Positions 1 through 12,277 of a stretch of DNA of 64,000 nucleotides are shown one piece after another; within the stretch, counting starts at the first letter, position 1, and each line of letters starts with the position of its first letter. The notes beneath the pieces are model-generated. The model searched no databases. It was not told the origin of the DNA and saw nothing but the letters and a program-made list of their open reading frames with translations. The position numbers and the translations under genes are program-made. Source of the DNA: Cyanophora paradoxa CCMP329 (Eukaryota; Plantae; Glaucophyta); the NCBI GenBank assembly GCA_004431415.1, contig QPMI01000195.1:1-64000 (forward strand), read 5' to 3'.

Positions 1-3000
1 GGGGCGACGAGGGCGAGGCGGTCGCAGGCGGCCCAGCACATGACCGCCGAGAAGGTGTGCACCGGCTGCTCGGCCGCCCGGAACTCCCAGATACCTGCCC
101 GCCCCCCCGCCCCCCCGCCCGCCCCGGTCCCTCGTCGACGTCGTCCCGCGCTGGCGACACGGGCACCGATGTGGCCAGCGCCGGTGCGCACCGGCGTCCG
201 GCTGGTTGAAGCGGGCGGCGGCCTACAACAGCGGTCATAATAATCAGAGTTTAGCGGCACGTGCGAGACGGCGGGCGGGCCGGGCGTGGCGGGCGCGCGG
301 GCGTATTTCTTCTTAAAGACCGCCTAGGTTTTGGGCGGGGTCCGCGGAGGCGCGGGGGGCGGGCCTGCATTCCCAGCCGCTCGAGGGACTCAAAGAGGGC
401 GACGTCTCCCGGCCTGAGAGGGGGGGGGGGGGGGGAGCGCTCAGGAAGCAGGGGGTGCAGGAGGGGGTTTTAAGCCTTTAATTGGGGGGGGAAGGGGGGT
501 TGGGGGGGGGGGGGGGTGGGAGGAGGAGGGGAGCGCGCTTCGAGAGGCGGGCATCGAAGAACGCCTGGGTACACGCCAGCACCACCGCGCCATACACGTC
601 GTTCTGGACCTGAAGGGGGGGGGGGGGGGGGGGCCGACTCACATCGATCCTCTGTGGCTATCTAAAGCGAGGAGGCGGTGGGGTACATACGTACCTGGGT
701 GTAGGCCTCGTTGCCGATGCGAACGGGGCCCTGCCCACGGTACCCTGCGCGGGAACGTCCCCGAGAGCGGAGCGGGGTACGCAATTCGAGCCGCACCGAG
801 GAGGGAGGTGCAAATTTTCTCGTCGAGAGCCGAACCGGACTCGAGACCGAGCCCGTAGAGCGGCTGCAGGTACCCGTCCTCCGACGCTGCGCCGCGAGTT
901 CGGATTTCTACGTATACATTCTAAAGCGGTCCGCGACGGAATCGAACCCGCGACGAGGTTCGTGATGTAGCGGAGGTAGTATTCCATTGTCTTCGTGTCA
1001 CCCTGTACGGAGGGGGGTATGGGAGGTCGGGCTTGGGGCCGGTAGGGCTTCCGGGGCGGGGAGCGCACGAGGCGGGACAGGGCCGTAACGGTAAAGAACG
1101 AATCGCGGAGCCAGTTGAAGCGGTAGTCCCTGCCAGAGGATGAGGTACGGGGTACGCATTCAGGGGGTAGAGAACGAGTTTCGTGCGGGGTACAGGGCGA
1201 GGACGGACCAGGTGCGCCCCGCCAAATCGCCCGCCTCTGGGATGGAGGTCGTGTGCGCCGCTGCCGGTTGCAATCAGCTTTTTATCGAAGGTCACGGCTG
1301 CTCGTGCAGGGAACAGGGGTAAGCGGACCGACGACGGCGCCGGTCGACTCGTAGCAGCAGAGCTTCAGTGTGATCGCCGACCGGATCACCTGTGCGGGTA
1401 CCCCCCGGGTCGGAGGTCCAGGGGCGCAGCGAGTCGGGCGTTCGGAGATGATAAGAAGGGGTAAGGGGTGGGGAGAGGAAACGGGAGATGAGAAGAAGGG
1501 GTAAGGGGGGGGAAAGAGGGGGTACCGCGTCCTGCCACTCGAGGGGGATGGAGAGGAAACGGGAATACTGCGTTTGGGGGCCGGGTGCAGGTTGGGGGAA
1601 GGAAGCGCATGCGCAAACGGGGTCCGGCGCATGCTAAAGGCACCTGCTCGCGCCAGTAGAGGCTGGTCTCTTCCAGGAATTCGCGCCCTACCTCCCGCGG
1701 CGTCTTGCTCAGCGGCTGCCGCGGAATTCATGATCAGGAGGCAGAACGGGGGGGGGGGGGGGGGCAAGAGGGGAGGGGCGTACGCGCCTCGTCGGGACCG
1801 AGGACGAGCGTGGCGGGCTCGACGCAGAGGAAGGGTACCTCGTCCATCAGGAAGCGCGCCGCAACGCCCTGGGGGGAGGGGGAGAACGGGGGGGTGGGAA
1901 AAGGGGGGGAGGAAAGGAATTCCCCGGGTCGGCGAAGGGGGGGAGGGCCGGAGGAGGGAGGTCGGGGTACGGACCTCGAGGGTGGCGCGGAGGTTCTTGC
2001 TCGCGTCCGTGTGCATGAAGCGCACGTGGTTGCTCCCTCTGCGGGGGGTACACGGTCTGAGGCAGGGGAAGGGGAGGGGCGAGCGGGGTACGTTGCGCGC
2101 ACGAGACGCGGACGGGGGCCGTGGCGCCGTAATCAAAGGTCTGTGTGGGAGGGGGGAGGAGGGCGGGGGGCGCCCTCGTATGATCAGCAAGGATGAGACT
2201 GGTCGGGGGTACGCATTGCGGGCGCCACCAGGCTGCCGCAGGGGGCCAAGGGCGCGAGCGCACAGGCCGCAGGCGGACGACGATACGACACGGCTTGGAG
2301 GTCAGCGGCCGCAGGATGCGCACGAACTGAGGCCGGCCGGCCGTAAGAGGGGGGGAGGGGGGGGCGGGGAAAGAGGGGCTGGGCGGGAGTACAGGGCCAC
2401 CTGCTGGGACGGAACGTGCGCCATAGTGCGAAAATCGGGGAGCGAAGTCAAGGACTGGGGAAAAGGGGAGGGGGGGGAGGGTGGAAGGGAGGGAAGGGGG
2501 GGGGAAGGGGGGGGCGAGTTGATTAGAGTCACGGATGATCAAAAGTCAGGAGACGGGGCCGGCACCCTCGAGCTCAGCCCCGTGCGTGTCACGGAGGACA
2601 GTGCGAAGGATGGCCGTGTTGTGGACGTACCTGGGAAACAGGTAAGGGGGGGGATCGTGGACGCAGGGGTACCGCAGCGCGATTCGAATGCTCGACATAC
2701 CCCTGCTCGGTGGAGGCGAGGTCCTGGACGCAGACGTCGAAGAAGCCGGCGGCGGGGCCCGGGGCCGGCGGCGGGGGCGGCGAGGCGCGGGGCTCGGGTC
2801 GGGGCCGCTGGCCCTTCATCGGTTCGGATAGGCCGCCGTTGATGAGGCAGTTGAACACCGGGTCCCCTGCGCGTGTATGCGCGCCGGCGCGCGCCGCTCG
2901 AACGGCCGTTCACGCCGAGGCGCGCGCCGGGGCGCGCGCGTCGCAATCGCACCGTCGAAGGAGGGCAGGCACATCCAGACGTAGCGAGCGTGCCGGTCGA

Positions 3001-3390
3001 TGAGAGCTGCCACCTGGCAGTTACCTGCGCACGCACACGCGCGTCGGGCCGGCGCCGGGCCTAGGCCTAGAAAATCGAAGAGACAAGTTTTAAAGCACCG
3101 ATGACGAAGAGATCGAGGCTGTTCGTGATGACCACGTCGTGGGGAAAGCCGCCTTTCGTCGCGGCCTTCGAAGATGCTGCAGCAGCTGCAGCCTGGACGC
3201 GTACGCGCGCGCCGTCCGCCGTTAGTCTCGATCCATGCCCTATAGCTAGCTACAGGCCTTCATGTGGACATCAAAGCTTGAGCGTCCGCACCTGCATTGC
3301 GCTCCCGCGGCCGGGCACTGCGCTTGCAATTGCGGCAGCGGCTTCGCGATCGGCTGGCGGCTGGGCTGTAGCTATAGCTGGCGCGGACAT
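1..3390 (-). CDS. Glycoside hydrolase family 15 (bacterial-type trehalase/glucoamylase-like), multi-exon, 3' end runs off window start
   Basis: Spliced exons give GH15 hallmarks: LFVIGNCQVAALID..WMCLPSFDGDPVF (~3130-2840), VIRSAITLKLCCYESTGAVV, AAHTTSIPEAG..RTW|DYRFNWLRD (~1260-1100), GYRGQGPVRIGNEAYTQ|VQNDVYG (~750-590), GIWEFR..HTFSAVMCWAACDRLA (~93-1). The start ATG at 3390 is tentative. Confidence 0.85.
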
Positions 3391-3539
3391 CCTTGCTGCT
3401 CTAGATTCCTAGATCTTCGAATACTTCCGATCGCGCGAGCGACTTGTTCACGAGCTGCAGTGTGCCACGCGGACGGTGAGATCAATTGCAAGCTGCTGCT
3501 GCTGAAGTGCTGATCATGATCTGCGAATCTTGCGTGATC

Positions 3540-4920
3540 TATAGGCTATAGCTGCTGCTGTTCCGAGGTTGAATGATGCTTGATCGCGTTCTGAAAATTC
3601 TGAACGATGGATCCACAGGCTGGGGTACAAACACATGCATATGCACTGAGCTCAGCCGCGCCTCAGCGGCTAGCGCTGTTAAAACGTTGACGTTTGCGCA
3701 CTGCGCAATGCGTATGCGCAGCGGAGCCCAGCCGGTGCGCGTGCCGCAGCCGCGGACAGGCCGCGCGCGGCCGCGCGCGCGCGCACGTGCACATGTACAC
3801 ATCCGATGATCGCGATCGCATGCGCATGCGCACGCGCGCATCGACGGGGGGGCCGCCGCCGGCGCCGGCGGCCCGCGCGCACATCGGCGCTGCAGCCGCG
3901 TATACGTAAACGTATACGTAGGCGCCACTCCACTGGCCACTGGGCCAATGCTTGCAATTGTAGCTACGCGTACATAGACGGAGAAGTCCCGATCGCGAGC
4001 GAGCGCCGCCAGCTCCCGATCGCGAGTGACCTGCAGCTGCGAGCGCGCGCCGCCAGGGCGAGCTTAGGGGGGGGTACAACGGCGAATGACCAACCATGAC
4101 GCCCTCGGGGGCGGCCGCGCCGGCGTCGGACCGGTACCAGAGGACTACGTATATATACGCGGACCTGCGGGGGGTGGGGGGGGTGCACGTGGGGGGGGGG
4201 GGGGGGAAGGTTCAAAGAATTCGAAGAAGATAAAGGAGGAAGAGGCGGGTACGGGATGTTCGGGGGAGGTGGAGATCTAGATCTAGAGCAGGGCGAGCTG
4301 GACGGACGCCGCCACCGCCTGCGGGAGGGGCCCGGGGGTACGGAGATCACTCGCCCGCGAGGGGTACGGGAAGGCGGGCACTGAGACGGGTGCCTCGTGC
4401 GCGGACTCGTCGTCGTTCCGCCCCTGAGGATCGAATTTGTTAAAATTCGAAATGGGTTCGAATCCGGCCAGGAGCCGGGAGCGCGGCGCCGGCGCACCGC
4501 CTGGGATAGCTTGCCGCGGACGAACGCCAGCGCGGCCCTGCGGGCGGGGGGTACGCCTCGCGCCCTGGACGAGAGGCGGAGGCGGGGGTACGCGATTGCT
4601 CCGCACCGGTAGGCGGCGGTCGCGTCCCCCGCGCCGCAGCGGGCGGGGCCGCAGAGGACGGCGGCGGGGCGGGCGGGGGAAGAGAGGAGCCGCAGGGCGA
4701 GGCCCAGGGAGGGGGGGAGGAGCTGGTCCGCCTGCCCCACGTACACGTACGCCTCCGACTGCGCCGAAAATCTAAGAATAGAACGGAAAGACGGGGCCGG
4801 GGGAGGGGGGGTGGACGTGGAAAGGGGGGAGGGGAACTTCATGCGCACGGCCCTGAGGGAGTGGAGAAGGCCGATCGAGGAGGCGGGGGTCGGCGGGGGT
4901 CGGCGCCCCGCGGGCCGTTG
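3540..4920 (-). CDS. Possible multi-exon hypothetical protein
   Basis: Exon-like blocks with AG/GT(GC) borders and partly compatible phase (SEAYVYVGQADQLLPP.., AALAFVRGKLSQA, GRNDDESAHE, AVAA|SAYIYVVLWYRSD..M|VTRDRELAALARDRDF). No recognisable domain; start and stop unresolved. Confidence 0.3.
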
Positions 4921-5267
4921 GGGCCGGCGAGCCTCAGGAGGGGTAGCCCCCTCAGTGCTAGGGCGCGCTGGTGTCGACGTCTAGATCTTGAGACTCTGTG
5001 AGTGGTCGGAATTCGAACTGATCGCGGTCGCGATCGTCCCGGAAATTTCGCATGCGCGGCCGCGCGCGGTCGCGATCGTCAGCGGCCGCGGCCGCGGCAG
5101 GCATGCGCATGAATATGCATCTGAAATTATTAGAACCGTCTACGAATTCGAAATACCGCATCCCTGTTAATATTTGTAAATCAGGTCCACATGCATATGC
5201 ACGCGCTGGGTTCTTTATTTCAACAGCGTCGAATTCGAGTTCTTTCGAATTCGTGATCGGGTCGACG

Positions 5268-8200
5268 TCATTCCTCGCGCCGCAGGGGCAGTGCGCGCAG
5301 CTCGAGCGCGACCGGCGCCCGCCCCTGGATCACCGGAACGGGTGCCGGCCCCGTGCCGGCGCCGGCGGGGCGCGGGGCCCCCGCGGCCGGCGGCCCCGGG
5401 CCCGGCACGCGTGCTCCTCCGTCGAGCGCGGACGTGTTTTGCAGAGAGGGGACGCTGGCCGCGGCCGTCGCCGCCGCCGCGGCCGAAGGAGAGGGCGGGG
5501 CCCCCAGCAGGCGGCGCTTGCAGGCCTGCGCATGCGGACTTAGTTCGAGCCCAAGCTCCCAGTGCGCTGACCCGGGGGAGGGAGTGGGGGGCCCTGGGGG
5601 AAGTGGGGTGTGGGGCGCGCGGGGCCGGGAGGGGGGGGAGGGGGGGGGGGCAGCCGGGGCGCGCCTTGTACCCCTCGCTGAAGAGGAAGAGAAGAATGAC
5701 GGAGCCGGCGAGGAGAGCCCACTCCCACGAGATGGGCGCCAGCCCGAACACCTGTACATGTACCGGTACCCCCCAGTAATTATGAGAGTGCGCCTCTAAT
5801 CCTAGGATTTTGCCACTAAACGGCACGTGCACGTGCACGCCTCGTCGTTAAGAACGGGGATGTAGAAAAGGCCAGCCTGCGAATTTCGAAAATATCACGA
5901 TCAGAACATACAGATCAGATCGGATCAGATCAGTTCAGATCAGTTCAGATCTGGGGGGGCCGGGGAGGGTCGGGTCGGGCGGGCCGTGAGGGCGAGCGGC
6001 GCCAGCACCGCGAAGAAGAGCGGCCTGCGGGAATACGCGAATCGATATCAGTTCATGATCAGTTCAGTTCAGTTCAGTTCAGATCTGATCTGATCGGATC
6101 GGATCGGATCGGATCGGATCGGATCGGATCGGATCGGACTCGATCCGAGGAGCGCGGGGCCGCGCGCGGGCGCGCCGGGCGGGGCGCCAGGCCTGGCGGA
6201 AGACGGAGAGGCGGGGGTGGCGGATCAGGAAGGCGAGGCCCAGCAGCCTGCGGGGCCGGGCCGGGATCGGCGTCGACCGGACCGCGATCATGTGAGCCGC
6301 GCGAGGCTACAGGCCGAAGGGGGGCGCGATCTCGCGATCGCGACCGCGCACGTGAATGTGAGGGAGCCGAAGGCGGCGCTGCGGGCCCGCGGCACGTTCT
6401 CGCAGCCGGGACCCTGCGCACGCGCGCGCGCGCCCCCCGTCCGCCAAGGAAAGTGAGAGAGGGGCAGGCTAGGCTAGCAATAGGGAGAATTAATATTTTG
6501 AAGGAGGCCTATAGCTAGGGCATTATAATTGAATTCGCTCTCGGAAGACTTCGAAATTTCGAAGGCCACTCGAACTAGACCTAGACCTCGATCTAAAAAG
6601 AGGGGCACATGTAGCTCGAGGAGGGCGGCGCACGTCCGAGTACGAGTCGCACTCGACGCCGTAGTCGCCGTCGTAGTACCAGAATATGACCTGGCGCCCC
6701 GCCCCGCCCCGGCCCGCCCCGTCCCGGCCGGCGTTAACGTTGCATGCGATCGGGCATTCGAAGGCGCTGGCGAGCGATAGCGATGCGTCGCAATCGCAGG
6801 CTGGCGGGGCCAGCCTGCGCGCCGGGGCCCCGCCCCGCCCTGCGCGCCGCGCCGCGCGGCCGCGGGCCCGGCTGGCTATAGCTAGCGCGCACGACGCAGA
6901 AGGAGGCAAGGGAGAAGGCGCCCATGGCGAGGCCGTAGGCCGCCGTGTCTGCCACCAGCTGCCGATCGCGAGCGAGGCGCGGGCCGAGGCGTCGGATTAT
7001 TCGAGTTCAGCTTCGAAGCTTAAGAAGTTCAAGCCTAATTATAAGATCTAAATTAAGAGGCCAGGGCCAGGGCCAAGGCCAGGGCCCGGGGTGGAGAAGC
7101 TTAAGAAGCTTAAGAAGGGAATCGGCATCGGACCTCGGGGGTGAAGAGGCCCTCGACCGCCGACTTGGGCGGCCTGCTCAGGTGCGCTCAGACGCGCTCA
7201 GGTGCGCTCAGACGCGCTCAGACGCGCTCGAGTGCACGCGCTCGATTTTAGCTGGTTAAGCTGGCGCCGGGCCCGTCTCTCTGATAAGCCTCTAGTAAAC
7301 CATGTTGATAAGCTTATAATCATATGCATAGTATATGAAAGCCTCCGGTCCTAAAGACACTTTGATGCGCCGAGCCAGCCCGCGCCGGCGCCGAGCCGGA
7401 CGCACAGGAGCATGAGGTCGGGCGAGGCGGCCTCGGCCCCCAGCGCGATGTCCGCCGGCGTCCCCGTCACCTGCGGCCGGCCCGGCCGTCGCGTCGCTTC
7501 TGGGGTGGGTGGGGGGGGGGGGGGGTATCCCGGAGCAGTGGGAGGGGCAGAGAAGGGGATGGGTACCATGTTCAGGTAGAGAACTTGGATGGCGGTCATC
7601 GGGAAGACGTACCCCTCCCTGCCCGAGGGTCGGCCGCGGATCAGAGGCTAGGGCGCCCCCTCGATCGCGAGGGGCGAGGGCCCGGGCCCGGGGCCGGGGC
7701 CGGGGGCGGGGGCGGGGCGGGGCGGACGCGGCGGGGTCATCCTGCTTGGGGAAGGTCCCGAAGACCAGTCCGACAACCAGCACGATCACCTGGGCTCATG
7801 ATCAGAGCTAGAGCTAAGAATCCAAGCTTACAAAAATTAACGGGCCGCGGCAGGCCTAGGGCGGCGAGCTCGAATCACAGCGCTAGCGCGAGGAGGGGGG
7901 CCGGCCGCGGGGCCGGGGCCGGGGCTGGGGCTTGGGGCACGGGGGCACGGGACGGGCCTCGGCGACGTTGCCGGAGAGGAGGTGCACGAGGAACTTGACG
8001 ACGTTGGCGAAGATGCGCCGCCCGTCCTGTCCCCCCCCCCAGAGGGGCCCCGTCAGGCCCAGCTGCAGGCAAGGCCCCCAGCCGATCGCGATCACGGGCG
8101 GCCTGCAGCTGCCCGCCTGGCGTGCGGGCGCTGGTATACATATATATGGGGTTGGGGATCCCGCGGCCGGAGGGACGAGCTCGAGGGGGCCGGGGGCCGG

Positions 8201-11200
8201 GGGCCGGGGGACCGGGCGGGCCTCGACGGCGGCGACGATGGATGCGAAGTTGTCATCCGTCAGCACAATGTCCGCCGCCTGCGCCCCGCCGGCTCGCGAT
8301 CAAAAGCAGCGGCCGGCTCGCGATCAAAGGCAGCGCAGCGCTCAGGGCGGGGCGCGCGCGGGGCGGGCGGGCGGGTCGGGCAGGGGCGGGGGCGGAGGCG
8401 GGCCTCCTTGGTGACGTCGGAGCCGGCGAGGCCCATCGCGATCCCCACGTCCGCCTGCGCGCGCACGCACGGCCTCGATTGTCAGGTCGCAGGCTGCAGG
8501 CAGGCCGTCGACGTCGACGTCGCGATCGCGATCGATCGATCAGCGACTCGCGATCGTATACGTACTCGCCTTCACGATCGACGGAGCGTCGTTGACCTGC
8601 TCAGGATCGAGGCCTAGGTTAAGCTTAATTTATAATTATAAGCTTCTCAGGGTGGTCGCGGGCTCGTCTCGCGATCGGCTCATGATCATGATCAGATAAT
8701 TATCTAGAACGTCGGCGCGGCGGGTCGACGTCGCGATCACGATCAGGATCGCCATCCCCCTAGCTATAGGCCTAGACCTCTAGATCTAGATCTGCCCCCC
8801 GCGCACCCCGTCGCCCGTCATCGCCACTACGCATGCGGGGCGGGGCGGGGCGGGGCGGGGCGGGGCGGGGCGGGGCGGGGGCGACGTCGGCATCAGTGCG
8901 GGACGGCGGGGGGCCGGCGCGCGGGGCGGGGCGGGGCGGGGCGGAAAGCGCGCCGTAGGCCTTCCGCCGCTTGAGCGCATCGACAAGCTTCACCTGTTCG
9001 CTCGCGATCGCGATCGGGCGGCCGCGATCGCGATCGGGCGGCCGCGATCGGGGGGGGGGGGAAGGGGTAGGGGGGGTAGGGGGGCGACCTTCGAGTCGGG
9101 TGAGCAGCTGTGCGGGATTCCACTTTATGTAAGTGGAGCTCGGGCCCGGGCGGGAATTCGAAGTATAAGCTTTTTTAAGGCGAGCGCTAGCTAGGCACGT
9201 GCACGGGCGCACCGGGCAAGGACCAAGGGAAGCTGCGGCATGGCGTCCTCCTGCGGACCACTCGGACGTCAACGCGAACCCTCGGACGTTATAATTATCG
9301 AGAAGCGGGCCCCGTGATATCGATGCTGTCAGGTGGCGCTGGTTGGAGGCAAGTTATAAGGGGACAGGGGTAGCAGCGTTGTTTATTTATCCCAAACGCA
9401 TTGTATTAAATTATTCCGGGATCCGGATCTAGATCTTGCTCTTCTAGATCTATATTATTATTATTGTTACAAACTTAGAGGTCTCGGGCCGCGCCTGCTC
9501 CGACGTCAGAGCGTCGAATTCCTGCGGCGATCGGGGGTTCATGATCATCGAACCACTTGCGATTGCAATTGCGAGCTCGAGGGGCGAACTCGAAATTGAG
9601 TGCGTATATATATTTATAGCGGCAGCTGCGGGCACGCGCAGGCGCACGGTGGCGGTCATGACGAGGCCGGCGCGGCGGGCCTCGGCGGGGTCGAGGCCGG
9701 GCGGCACGATCCCCACCTGCCGCGCGATCGCCCCCGCCTGCCCATGGTCGCTTGTGAATAGGATCGAATTCAACAATTCGGCATCCGAATATAGTCAATC
9801 CGAGTTCGAATTCGAATTTGAAGCACCGTGGAGGCGTGGTCGCCGGTGAGCATGTGGACGGTGATGCCGGCGCGCTGGCAGGTGGCGACCGAGGGCGCCG
9901 TCTCGGGCCGCGGCGGGTCGTAGATCCCCACCTGCGCGCAGATCGATGGATCGTTAATTAATATTGCAAACGTTAACTGAAAAGGCAGCCCGCCGCAGGA
10001 TCCGGGGCCCGGGACCCCTGATCATGATCATGATCATGAGTGAAGACGGGGACCCGGCCGCGGGGAACCTTGATAGTAATTCATAAGGGAAGATACCGAT
10101 CGGAAGCTGTACGCTTCAAGGGGCGCACGACGGAATTTGAGCGCTCGCTGACCATGAGCTTAATTATAAGCTCAAGAGGGAATATTAAATTCCAAGATGT
10201 AGACAAAGTAGAAGCTTTTATAAGGGCGCACGAGGGCCAGGAACGTGAGCCCGCCCTCCACGTCGGAGCGCTCGGGCGGCTCCGGCCCGCCGGCCGCGAG
10301 CGCGGCGGCGAGCGGGTGCGAGGGCGGCAGCTCGCGGCGGGCGAGGGCGAGCACCCGCAGGCCCCGCTCCGCCATCTGCGCGTGCGCATGCCCGGCACCG
10401 CGTCAGGCTTGACACAGCAAGCTCAACCAGGCCGGCGCCCGCGAACTTAAACGGCCCCCGAAAACGTGAACGGTTTCGATGACGGGGCATGCACAGCCGA
10501 CGAAACTCTGAGCAGCGAGAAACCGGGCGGGGTACGGGATCCGGACGCACGGTCTCGGCGCGGGCGAGGGTGCGCTCCACGAATCCCGCGTCCCCTCGAG
10601 CTCCCACCGGGAGGACCTTCAGCCGCGGTCAGCTGCACGTTTGCACACAGTGCGATGCGGACGCCTGCGGGCCGGCGCTTTAGCTAGAGCGCTCTGGGCG
10701 GGCGGGCCTGGGCGTCGGGGCCGGCGATGCGGGCGGAGCAGAGGCGGAGGACGACCTCGGCGGCCCCCTTCGTGAGCACCGTCACTGGGGCGCCCTGCGC
10801 GTGGCGCGCGCGCGGCGCGGGCCCGGGATCAAATCAACGACCGAATTTCAATCAGGTTAGAACTGCATTCTTGATCATATATATTGAAGGTTATTGTAAA
10901 CTCTGAAAGATGAAAGCCTGCAAAGGAAAATCGCACGGCCTCGGGACCGACGATAGCCACAGACATCCGCTGCAAAGCGTAACGGGAATGTTCAATTCGA
11001 GCGCGAGTCAATTACAAATAGAAATGGTTCGAGTTGGAACGTATTAATTATAATTATATATCTATAACTCGCGATCGTCGACGTCGACGGCGCTCCGTCG
11101 ACGTCCGGGGCCGGTGTCGGGCTTGGACCCGGGCCCCGGGCGGGCGCGCCTTGAGCGTCGAGTCGAAGTCGTACTGGTGGGCGACCCGCGCCCCGCCGCC

Positions 11201-11803
11201 GGCGCCGGCGCCGGCGCCGGCGCCGCCGCTTCCGCCTGCGCCGCCGCCGGCGCCTCCGCCGAGGAGCCCCCGCGGGCCACGCCGGCCTTCGCCGCCAGCA
11301 CCACCAGCGCGACCTCCGTCCTGCTCGCAATTAATATCTCAACGACATGAAATATTATGATTGATTTATACAATCGGATCCGTGGGGGGGGGGGGGGAAG
11401 GGGGGAAGAGGGGAAGGAGGGGGGCCGGGGGGAGAGAGGGCTGGGAGGGGCCCGGGGGAGGGGGGGGGGGGGGGGGGTCCGCACGGGTCTCCGGTGACTA
11501 CCCACTGCGCCGGCGCCGGCGCCGGGCCCCCGAGCGCTTGCGCGGGCCCCGGCCCCGGCCCCGCGGCCAGCCCGGATGCCGCAACCGGATTAATATTCAG
11601 CGTGGCCTGCAGCGGCGATATCGATCGGAGTCGGAACAGATCTAGATCTAGAGGGCTAGGACGACATGTGCAGCCGCGCCGGCGCCGGCGGCGGCGCCCG
11701 GCGCCCGGCGCACGTTGTTGCACAGGGCGGCACACTCCAGGGCGGAGTGCAGGGCCGCGTCCGAGTCTGACTCCGCGGGCCCCGCCGCGGGCCCCCCGCG
11801 CGC

Positions 11804-11835
<32 letters not shown>

Positions 11836-12246
11836 TGTGCCGAGCGCGCCGTCCTCCTCCAGCACGAACGAACCGACGGGCGTCGTCCCCTCGCCCGTCA
11901 CTGCGCATGCAGAGGCCCCTGCTCATTCCCGGCTGCAGGGCGGGGGCCGGCGCGGGCCGGGGCGGGCGGGCGCGGGCGGGCGCGGGCCCCGGAAGCAGCG
12001 CTCGGCCGCCACGTCCACAGCGACGGCCACCATCTTCCCCTGCGTCTGCGCACGCGCTTGCGCATTAAATTAAGAATACTGGGGCAAGTACTCGAAATTC
12101 TCGAGTCCGGCCGACGTCGACGTCGCGAGTGCACTATTCGAATTCATATTCAAATTTAATCTCAAAACGGTTCACCAGCGTCCCGGTTTTGTCCTGCGCG
12201 CGCGTGCGTGCGCGAATGAATGTTTACATTCGATTCCTTCTTAAAA

Positions 12247-12277
<31 letters not shown>

